From contig CM119267.1 in NCBI GenBank assembly GCA_051294375.1, positions 624,403 through 688,402 on the forward strand: a stretch of DNA of 64,000 bases. Reading direction: 5' to 3'. The position numbers were made by a program, and so were the translations under genes. The stretch is from Paraspadella gotoi. Its lineage: Eukaryota; Animalia; Chaetognatha. A model generated the notes under the pieces. The model saw only the letters and a list, made by a program, of their open reading frames with translations, was not told where the DNA came from and searched no databases. This document shows, piece by piece, positions 1 to 9,650 of this stretch (its first letter is position 1; the number at the start of each line of letters is the position of its first letter).

Positions 1-540
1 GCGAACGCGGAGGCGATCTGGCTAAAAAAATGAGAGCGCGAACGCCAGAACCGAGGCGAGGGGCGTTTCGGGAGGCGGGGAGTGGAGCGAACCTTGCGAA
101 AATTTCACCCGCCATCCCAGCCATTCCCTGTTTTTAACATTGAAAATAGTTCAAGTGTGTAACCATTGAAAGTTAAAAATTCAGATATAGCTTCTAATCA
201 GCAAGATCTTTGAGATTCACATGTTTTATATTCCTCTACTCATCTGTTTGTTTTATTTACAAAACAATTTTTATATATTTAGACGAGTTCAGTTGTTCAG
301 CTCTTTATATTTCTCTCTCTCTCTTTTTTGTCGCTGCTTCTTCTGATTCGTTCAAAAACGAGTTAAGCTCTGCAGCGGCTGTCCAGCTTTTTTCTCTCAT
401 TTTTTTTCTCTTTCTTTCTCTCTTTTTTTTTTTCTCTCTCTCTCTCTCTCTTTTTCTCTCTTACTCATACATGCATTTATTTATTTTATTTATGATAAAT
501 GACTCATCGTCAATGAATGATTATCTTTGTATCAATAAAT

Positions 541-905
541 AACTATTATCGCAGCAATAAATGATTATCATCGCATCAATGAATGATTATTATTGGAATA
601 ATGAATGACTATCATTGTATCAATGGGTTATTTAGTTATTATCGCATCAATAATTTGGTTATCATCGCATTAATAATTTGGTTATCATCGCATCAATATT
701 TAGTTATCATCGCATTAATCCTTCAGTTATCACCGCATCAATATTTGGTTATCGCATAAATGTTTGGTTATTATCATATTAATAATCAATTATTATTATA
801 TCAATCAATTATTATTACATCTATCAATTATTATTACATCAATAAATTACTATTACATTTACATCAAACAATTACTATTATATCAATAATCTATTATCAC
901 ATGAA
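541..905. repeat. Degenerate AT-rich minisatellite (TTATCATCGCATCAATAA-like units) in an RTEL1 intron
   Basis: Repeated ttatcatcgcatc/taat and attattacatc units. Confidence 0.7.
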
Positions 906-995
906 TCATTTATTTTTTTGGGTTTTTTTTTCATAAATTTTCTTTGATAGTAACGTTTGGCGAGATCACTATACTTTTTAAAAATTTTTTTTTAG

Positions 996-3334
996 TATTT
1001 AAACCAAAGTAGAACCGGGAGCGCCTCCCCCTGGAGCACCAAGACTTTCGGCCTCGAGAAACTCATGGATCTCATGAACTGCGTCTTCGGTCGGGAAGCT
1101 GCGCCGGCGGCGGGTGGGTCCGCCCTTCATTGGACAGCCTATTACAGGTAATTGAAGGAAGACCTCTCGAGTTGACTTTATTCTTTTGTTCCACTGTGAA
1201 TTTCCCAATTCCTTCCATCCAGAGTCCACGTGTCCAAGGAAGAGTCGTGGCAAAGTAAGAAGCAGAAAAAGTCGGGAGCCTCGGATCCGTGGGCGGCCGC
1301 CGCCTCGACAAAGACGCAGAGAGTCTTGAATTATTGGTGCTTCTCTCCTGGTAAGGAATCGCGCGGGAGATCTTTCTCTTATCTTTTTTCATTTGTTATC
1401 TCCTCCCAAATTATTTTTCTCATTTAACTTGTTCCTTTTTTCCAAAGGTCACTGCATGCGCGAGGTGATGTCCCAAGATGTTCACAGCCTCATCCTCACC
1501 AGCGGAACACTCGCTCCCCTCTCCTCCTTCACCTCCGAGATGCAGCTGCCCTTCAAAGTGACTCTGGAGAATCCCCACATCATTCGTCCCAACCAGTTTT
1601 GGGTGGGCACCCTTCCCAAGGGTCCCGACGGAACTTCGCTCAGTTCCTCATACGCCAACCGATTCAACGAGACCTATCAACTCTCTCTTGGCAACGCGCT
1701 CGTCAATTTGGCCCGGATCGTGCCCGACGGAATGCTCGTCTTTTTCCCTTCCTACGGCGTCATGGCTCAGTTGACGAGCAAGTGGGAGGAGGCGGGCATC
1801 AGCGCGAGGATCTCCCAATACAAACCGATCTTCAAGGAGCCGAAGACTAAAGCCGAATTTCAATCGGTCATGTCCGAATACTACGCCAACATCAACGACC
1901 CGAGGGGGAAGGGCGCTGTGTTTATGGCGGTGTGTCGCCGGTAAGGTAAGTTTTTTAAAGTCCAAAAAAGTCAAAAGATTTATCCACTAAGACCCGATGA
2001 GTTCCCCGGCCAATGCCAATTTCTCTGTTTACAGAGAGAGAGAGAGAGGAGAGAGAGGATGAGGAGAGAGAGAGAGAGTGAATGTTAGAAAATAAGATTT
2101 TAAGACATAAAATGAAATGTTTTATTCTTCTCTTAGGTGAGCGAAGGACTTGACTTCGCGGACGCCAACGGTCGCGCGGTCGTCATCACCGGCCTCCCTT
2201 ATCCTCCCCGAATGGATCCTCGAGTCGTTCTCAAGATGGAGTTCCTCTCATCGATGCGGAACAAATTGGAGATTCAAGGCCTGGGTGGAGAGGAGTGGTA
2301 CAAACAGCAGGCCTTTAGGGCAGTCAATCAGGTGGGGGCCTGTTGGGAATGGTAAAAAGCAGCAGGCCTTTAGGGCAGTCAATCGGATGGCCCTGATGGG
2401 GGGTGGTATAAAGCAGCAGGCATAGTGAGCGATAAATCAGGCGTAGCCCAACCGGCTGTATTATGTATATAGTTAATTGTTTTCATTTCCGGTCTATTGG
2501 AAATCGATTTGACGAACCTTGATTTAGTGAATGTTCTGCAAAGGACATTTACCTCTGCCCCGTCTTTTCAACAGGCCATCGGACGCGTCATCCGCCACAA
2601 ATCCGACTGGGGCGCCATCATCCTCTGCGACCAGCGATTCGGTTCCTCCAATGCCAAGTCTCAACTCCCTCTATGGGTGCGCCCTTCGGCCGTCGATCAT
2701 GGATCCTTCGGCAACGGACTCAAGAGTCTCGTCGGATTCTTCAAGGAGGCTAAGATCGCTTTCCCCAAACCTCTCGTCAAAAACTTGGGAAAGATCGAGG
2801 ACGAGAACGCCAATTACGGCGCCGGCGACGCCTCCTCGGCCCGCAAAACCGACGCCGCCGCCGACGCCTTTTTCTACCGGCGTCGCGCGGCGTCGATCAA
2901 GTCAAACTCGGTCGAGTACCACGCCCCCTCGATGGACACGAAGCGGCATCTAACGGAGGACGACTTTATCTCCACTCTTCCGTCGCAGTCCCCGCAGCTG
3001 CAGAGCAGGAAGCGGACGCTGAAGATCGAATACGAAGAAGACGACGCAGTCTTCCCGTCGGCCCCCAAGAAACTCTCTCTCGCTTCGGCCTTCGACGCCA
3101 TGGACGCCGCTCCGACGCCGGAAGAACTAAGGCGGCGTCTCGTCTCGGACGGCGCCGTCAAATCGGAAGAGGAGGCGGCGCTGGAGAGGAGAATGGCCAA
3201 TCAGACGAAGAAGAGGATCAAGGTGTCGGCGGGAGGAGGAGGAGCGAAGGAGAGCCTCATCAATCAAGTCTTGAAGAAATCGATGGGCGTGGCGAAGCCT
3301 TTAAAGACGTCGACGCCGAAGAGGGCTGGAGGCG

Positions 3335-3372
<38 letters not shown>

Positions 3373-4052
3373 ACGGACGAATTTCCTCACGTCTTCCTTT
3401 GTAGACGCTAGGACCAGACACCGTGCAAAAAAAACAAAGCGAAAAAATGCGAATATCATTAGTCGAGCAGATTTCATTTTCTTCGTCTAATCGTTAACAT
3501 TCGCCACAATATAAAAAAATATAACAATACGAATTAATGTACAGCTTTAAAAATTTTATTCCTAACTGAGGAATTCCTCACTCCCTCAGCCCCGACGCAA
3601 CCGTGCAATCTTCCTCCATCAATTTAGACGGAGTCTCCGCCGTCAAATCCCAATCTTTGTCCGTTGAGCCCGAGGGATCCTCGACTCCCGCCGGCCAATC
3701 TTCCACCCGCGTCCCCGCCGGCCCCTCTCTTCCCCACCAATCCCCTGCTCCCGATTCTTCTGTTGTCAAAGGCCAACCTTCCGTCCAGAGCAAAGAGAAG
3801 GCGGCCGCGTATCTCGGACTCGTCAAGAAGAGTCTGGTCAATGACGCGAGTCTTTACAAGAGATTCACTTACGCTCTCAAACGATACCAGAAGGAGAACG
3901 ACTACGCGCAATTGACGAAAGCCTTGGTCGAGGTCTTCCTCATCAAGGCAGAATGGCATCCATTGCTGAGGGGATTCTTTCACTTCCTGCGCCCCAATCA
4001 CAAGACGGAGTTCAATCAACTCTGCTTGAATTTGACCGGAAAGTCTTGTTGA
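996..4052 (+). CDS. RTEL1: Regulator of telomere elongation helicase 1 (XPD-family Fe-S helicase), 3' portion; 5' exons lie upstream of the window
   Basis: Exons 996-1147, 1223-1350, 1448-1945, 2137-2331, 2575-~3331, ~3571/3590-4052. Motifs [33 protein letters not shown]|[23 protein letters not shown]|[14 protein letters not shown], then a harmonin-homology-like C-terminal domain ([14 protein letters not shown]...CLNLTGKSC*). One extra C near 1938 breaks the frame (probable assembly error); boundaries of the last intron are ambiguous. Confidence 0.93.
3371..3511 (+). ncRNA. SNORA15: Box H/ACA snoRNA, SNORA15/ACA15-like, in RTEL1 intron
   Basis: Hairpin 1: GCACGG/CCGTGC outer stem, pocket ACGAAT...CCAGACA, inner stem; H box (AAAAAA); hairpin 2: GCGAAT/ATTCGC; ACA box at 3506-3508 plus 3 nt. 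Pocket is complementary to the conserved 18S rRNA segment UGUCUGG-UU-AAUUC and resembles recalled human SNORA15 (GCATGGCCGAAT...CCAGACACCATGC). Confidence 0.8.
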
Positions 4053-4484
4053 GAAAAGGGTGTAGGGGCGGGAAGTGAAATGGGGAGGATATACTTTCAT
4101 TACCGTCAAGTGCAGTATTTTACTATGTTGCCCAAGTATTGATAAAATCTTCTTTCGCCCTTCGTCTACGCCAAACTTATAAAAAGAATTGATTCCCTCA
4201 TTCGGATCATCTCGATTCTCTTTTCTCTGTTGACTTCGCCTTTGCGTCACTTTTATAAAATCTACATATAAAATCTGTATTTTCGTTATGTTTTTATCAT
4301 TTTTTCGTTAAAACGAGGAAAATATTCTCGTTTCTTTAAAATCGTTAATGATTGAATACTAAAACGACATCCATTCCATTATTTTTTTTATACAATTAAT
4401 ATATATATATTTCCTGCCTTTTCGACCAAATAAATATTTATATTTTTTCGAACTTTTTTCCTCGTGAGCATTAAGCAAAAAAAA

Positions 4485-7400
4485 ATGTCCGACACGTGGA
4501 ATCAAATTCAAGATTTTAAAAACAAACAAAATTCTCTTCGCGAGAAACTCAAACGTCGAAAAGCAGAGAGGGAAGGACTCGTGGCTGGACTCTTGGACGC
4601 TGGCGGGGGCGGTTCCTCCTCCGCCCCGCTCGAGACAGTCCCGGCCCGGCGCCCGCCGACGCCAACGGTTCGCCGGCTCCTTCGACGACGCCGTCCACCC
4701 ATGCCGCCGTCGACGCCTCAGCCTCCCCCGCCGCTGCAGCTCCGCTTCCCCCGCAAGCCCCTGCCGTCGCTCTCGACGCTGAAGTCGAGATGAATCTCTA
4801 CGTCCTTCTCTGCGACGTCCGCATCCCAGCCGCCACAAAGGTGACTTAATATCATTTGCATATTGTGGTCTTGTTTCTTTTTTAAATTTCTGGTGTTTTT
4901 GTAATAAAGTAAGAAGAAATGAGTGAAAGGAGTGAATAAACGAGACTGTGAGAGAGTCTTGATTGAAAGCTTGCAGGGACCTGCTATGTCATTATCTTGT
5001 AAGAGTGATGGAGGCCTTAAACCACCAAAGCCTGTCCAAAGTCAGGGGCAAGATAGCTTATTTATTAAATGAATGGATAATTTTTATATTGGTTGTACCA
5101 ATTTCATAGATTTTGATCCTTGAAAATACCTTTCAAGTGAAGAATACTAGTTGTCCTTAATCCTTAGAATTAACCGCTGCCAAAACTAATTAAATATTGC
5201 GGTCATCAAACACGAAAGTCGTTGATTAACTTTCCCCCCAATTCAGTCCCTTCGCAACTCGATCTCCCGCGCGATGGACGGGAAACCCGTCTCCCTCGCC
5301 GTCGTGGACGACCTGCTGCGGAAGATCGCCGCTCAAGGCCTCGTCTCCCTCGACGCCGTCACCGACGAAGAGGAGGCCGCAGCGGCCGGCGACTTCCGCG
5401 TCGTCGGAACGGAGCAGAGCAAACTTGTCGCCATGGCGACGCACATCGTGGGCGAAGAAAAGCTGGAGGAGATGAGAGGGAGGAAGAGGAAGGAGGCGGA
5501 GGAAGAGGAGGAAGAGAGGAAAGAAAAGGAGGAAGGGAAGAGGCCGACGAAGAGGATGAAGAATGGGAGGAAGGAAGAAGGAAAGAAAAGTTCGGACGAA
5601 GATTCTTTGGATTTTCTTTTGTCGGCGACTTCGACGAAAGAGAAAGAGAAAAAGGAACAGAGCGAAGATATTCTTTATCTTCTTTCCAAACCGACGGCGA
5701 AGGAGCAGAGTCTGTCGGAGAAGTTTAGGTGATGAAGTTTCCTCTCGAACAATCTTTCTTTCGTCAATCCAATTTGGATTCGATTGATAATATAATAATT
5801 ATATTATTATTATTATAATAATTAGCTAATTTTTTATTAATATCAATTGTTAGTTTAATCATCGTTGCCATAATTGACGCCGTTCTATTTCATCGTTTAT
5901 TCAGATCCGCCGGCGGGAAGCAGATCAAAGATTTTTGCGATTACATCACCAAAGAGGAATGTCGCCGACAAAGCAAGGACGGACACATTTGCGCCAAGTG
6001 AGTCAGCGCCCCTTTGAGGGTGGGTCGAGCGAAATTAAATTCGAATCGAATATATTTAGATAATTTTGATAATTTTAAAACCATTTCTTCTTTTCTCTCT
6101 CTCCCTCTCCCCCTCCCCCCTTTTTCCTCCACCACTCAAGAGTGCACTACCGCAAGATCCTCTACAAACATACGGACGAGACACTCGGCGACTGCTCCTT
6201 CCTCAACACCTGCTTCCACATGGACACCTGCAAGTACGTCCACTATGAGATGGACGAGCAGGCGCCTCGCTCCGAGGTCGTCGCCGCGGAGACGTTAGCG
6301 AAAAAGTATCGGGTCCAAGAGGACACGATGCTCTGGCCGGCCCAGTGGGTTCAGTGCGACCTCCGCTTCTTCGACATGACCGTCCTTGGAAAATTCACCG
6401 TCATCATGGCCGATCCGCCCTGGGACATTCACATGGAGCTGCCCTACGGAACCATGTCTGACGACGAGATGAGAAAGTTGCCCGTTCCCAATCTCCAGGT
6501 GAGTTCGTTGGAAAAGTCGATCCGCATTTGATATACATATATAATTATATAAATATTGATATGTAAAATATATTTGATATTCTTCTTCAACTTGACCAAT
6601 CACCATCATTTCCAAGGATGACGGCTACATCTTCTTGTGGGTGACGGGTCGGGCGATGGAGTTGGGTCGAGAATGTCTCTCTCTCTGGGGCTACGACCGG
6701 GTTGATGAGATCATTTGGGTCAAAACGAATCAACTGCAAAGGATCATCAGAACTGGAAGGACAGGTAACGAATCCTTTTCGCCAATCCAATCTTTTGCAC
6801 AGAACCATTTCGATCAATTTTTTTCGATTTATCTATCGTTCGATTCAAATTTTTTCCCCCGAATTTTTCAAATAATGATTTCTTTTTCAGGTCACTGGAT
6901 CAACCACGGAAAGGAGCATTGCATCGTTGGAGTGAAAGGGAATCCTCAGTGCAATCGAGGTTTTGACTGCGATATCATCGTCGCCGAGGTCCGTCCAGCC
7001 CATTTATTATTATTTGTATTATTCCGATTGCTGAGCTTTTTTTTTGCCCACCTTCTCCCGATTCAGGTTCGCGCGACATCTCACAAACCCGACGAAATCT
7101 ACGGCCTGATCGAACGCCTGGCGCCTGGCAGGAGGAAGATCGAGCTGTTTGGTCGGCCTCACAATTCGCAGCCTAATTGGACCACGTTGGGAAATCAGGT
7201 AGAGAGGCCGCGCGCGCGAGAGAGAGAGATTGAGACGAAGAACTGTGTTCATCGATGCTGAGTTCGATCTCTCCAGCGAGCAAATTGATTTAAAGACGGA
7301 TCTTGAACACTTAAACACCATCGCCTCGGTTTCCCTCCATTTCCTCTCAGGTCGACGGAGTCAGACTCAGCGAACCCGACGTCGTCAAGCGATTCAAAGC

Positions 7401-7515
7401 CGTCTACCCCGACGGAAACTGCATGCGGCCGCCGGAGTGGTGGCTCAAGGAGCAGAAGAAACTCCAGCAAAAGCAAAAGGAGCAGGCTGAAAAGTTCCAG
7501 CAGGCCTCCATATGA
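4485..7515 (+). CDS. METTL3: N6-adenosine methyltransferase catalytic subunit (m6A writer, MT-A70)
   Basis: Exons 4485-4840, 5247-5728, 5905-5997, 6141-6498, 6617-6764, 6891-6988, 7067-7198, 7351-7515. N-terminus MSDTWNQIQ..KNKQNSLREKL, CCCH fingers (GDCSFLNTCFHMDTCKYVHYE), catalytic DPPW, [38 protein letters not shown]. One apparent 1-nt frameshift near 4640 in GC-rich exon 1. Confidence 0.97.
4929..5108 (+). mobile_element. 5'-truncated copy of the ~324-bp dispersed/tandem repeat, in METTL3 intron 1
   Basis: Near-identical to the 3' 180 bp of the units at 48220-49188, ending ...TTGTACCAATTTCATA. Confidence 0.9.
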
Positions 7516-7839
7516 AGAAAACTCTTCTCTTTAGATTCTCTTTTTCTTTTCTCTTTTTCACCTTCAATCGTTAGGGATCACGTTTTTGATTTTTTTTTTT
7601 TTTAAACTTTCATTATTCGTAACTTGTGCCTTTGTTAAGGCATCATGCGTTTCCCCCGATAAATATTAACTTGATTTGTTGATTGTATTGTTACGTTAAT
7701 ACATTAGTCACTCATTATCGTTATTTATTTACTTACATAAGTTTTAAATCTACTGTGGAGATAAACCTGTCGTCGGAACGAGATAGAGAAGCCCAAGAGA
7801 TCGAAATTGTGATTACGCATTTCTATTATATAGTGTTTC

Positions 7840-7925
7840 ATCGAGTACTCGCGGAGCAACTCTATTTAAGTCACTTTTCGGTCGGTCCGTCCGTATGTCT
7901 GTCTGTTGGTTTATCCCACTTACGT
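7840..7925 (+). repeat. Fragment of an interspersed repeat with a GTCG/GTCC microsatellite (DINE-1/Helentron-associated-like); related copy at 35621-35712
   Basis: Shared GAGTACTCGCGG.GC.ACT...TAAGT.ACTTTTCG at both loci; family assignment is inference. Confidence 0.5.
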
Positions 7926-8079
7926 TAAATTGTATTGTATTGTATTTATTCATACAGCGTGTCCGAGGACCATGGGCCACAGTGGTTTTACAAAAACACA
8001 AAGCAGATAACAGAGATAAAATGTATATAATTTGCTTATAGTTGGTTGCTCTTTTGTTCAGACAAAAAAATCCCCAAAT

Positions 8080-8263
8080 CTAAGGGACTGCTAGCGCCTC
8101 TTTCAGGAAATCCTAAAACTAAAATAGAATAAAAGATATAATTTTGATGCAGTGCATATAAATATACGGGCTAAGAAAGTCATGTTATGTTATATCATGT
8201 CATAAAAAATATATTTGATAAAGCAGTCACAGCGGCTCAACACATTTGAATTACCGTTCTTGT
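8080..8263 (-). repeat. Dispersed repeat; homologous copy in the opposite orientation at 34604-34753
   Basis: AAGGGACTGCTAGCGCCT and CAACACATTTGAATTACCGTTCTTGTT are reverse complements of blocks at 34735-34753 and 34604-34627. Confidence 0.8.
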
Positions 8264-8839
8264 TCTTAAAAGATTCAGAATTCTGTTATGATGGAAAAAA
8301 TGAGTTTTGTTACAATAGCTAGCCAAATACAGGGAGGTCCAGCACTTTCGAAAACTGTTAGAAAAAATTGTTTAGGTACATCGATACCCTATATTGCAAT
8401 ATGACCCGAAAATCGTGATGGAAAAATGTTACGTTCATGGCTTCTCTCCTTCAGGAACGTCTGCCTCCTCATGGACTTTTTCATAGACATTTATATTTGG
8501 TTTTATTACGTTTACAAAATTTTTAAAAAAAGACGAGGATGTACCGGAATTGTCAACCCTCAGTGATCTCTTACTCTCTACGAGTCAACTGCTTATACTA
8601 CATAGCCCCTTCCGAGATTGGGTCAAACCTGATTAATCATTATAAAGCCGTAGCCTGTCCAAAATCAGAGGCAAGAAAGATTATATATTAAATTAAGAAA
8701 TAAGTTAGGCAAAACATTGCTCGATCTGCTCACAATGGTTTACAACGAAGGGTAAAAAACGTTGGTCTGGCCTTGACCGTGTCTCCAACGCCGTGAAGTC
8801 GCCGCGTGGATCTTAACCTTCCAGCCGCGACTTTTTCGA

Positions 8840-9310
8840 GGGGCCGTTGGGAATCGCGACGGGAGATAGAGAGAGAGACGAAGCCTACGGGAGAGGAAGG
8901 AGACGAACTGGCGGGATTCGTCACGCGCTTTCGCAACGAATTTGTTGTCCGCTCACGTGTTCGAGCCAATTGTCTTCAGTCGGACGCGAACAATCTAACT
9001 TTAAAGTTTATGAAAATTTAAGTAAAAAACGATCTTCAGTTTTATTGAAGAATTGATATTTTTGAGTTAGTAAAATTACTGATCACTAATACTAATACTA
9101 CTAATACTAATACTAATAATAGCAATACTGGGTTTGAATTAACTCTATCTGCAATAGATTTATCATTTAATGTTGATAATCTACCTGTTATTTTGTTTTC
9201 CAACTTTCCTCGGTCTTCCGCTCGTCGCGCCCTCTCTCTTCCATTTCCTCTTCCTCCTTGAAAAAAAAAGTGAATCGCGGATTCAAATTCTTCCGTTGGC
9301 TTCGGCGTCA
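8840..9310 (+). promoter_or_regulatory. Putative cell-cycle promoter of cyclin A
   Basis: MYB/MSA-like CCGTTG (~8844, ~9294), E2F-like TGGCGGGA (~8909), CCAAT (~8966), CHR-like TTTGAA (~9133, and reverse at ~9282). Motif matches only. Confidence 0.4.
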
Positions 9311-9650
9311 AAATTCAGTTCAGAGTCAAAAGCGTCACCGGTCAACATCTCTCTCTCCGTCTCCGTCTCTCGCTTCGTCAACTCCTCATCTTCGTCTCTC
9401 CTCATCCTCATCTCCTCATCTTCGTCCGTCCAAACTCTACTCCTTAAATCATTCGCTTAGAATTCCTCAATAGACTGGAATTTAACAATAAATTAATCAC
9501 AGAAAATTCGAAGCGAAAAATAAAAGAGAAAAATCAACGTCGGCGGAAAAATAAAAAAAAATCATTTTAAGGAATCTTCTGCGACTTCCTCTTCGTCTCT
9601 CACTCGTTTTAATCCTCACCTTTCACAATTCGAAACTGAGAACTCTCGCC

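Noticed and set aside
1930-4680. RTEL1/METTL3 pseudogenisation or programmed frameshifting
   Set aside because: Single-base indels in otherwise well-conserved essential genes, and re-read duplicate segments in this window differ by many indels, so assembly error is more likely
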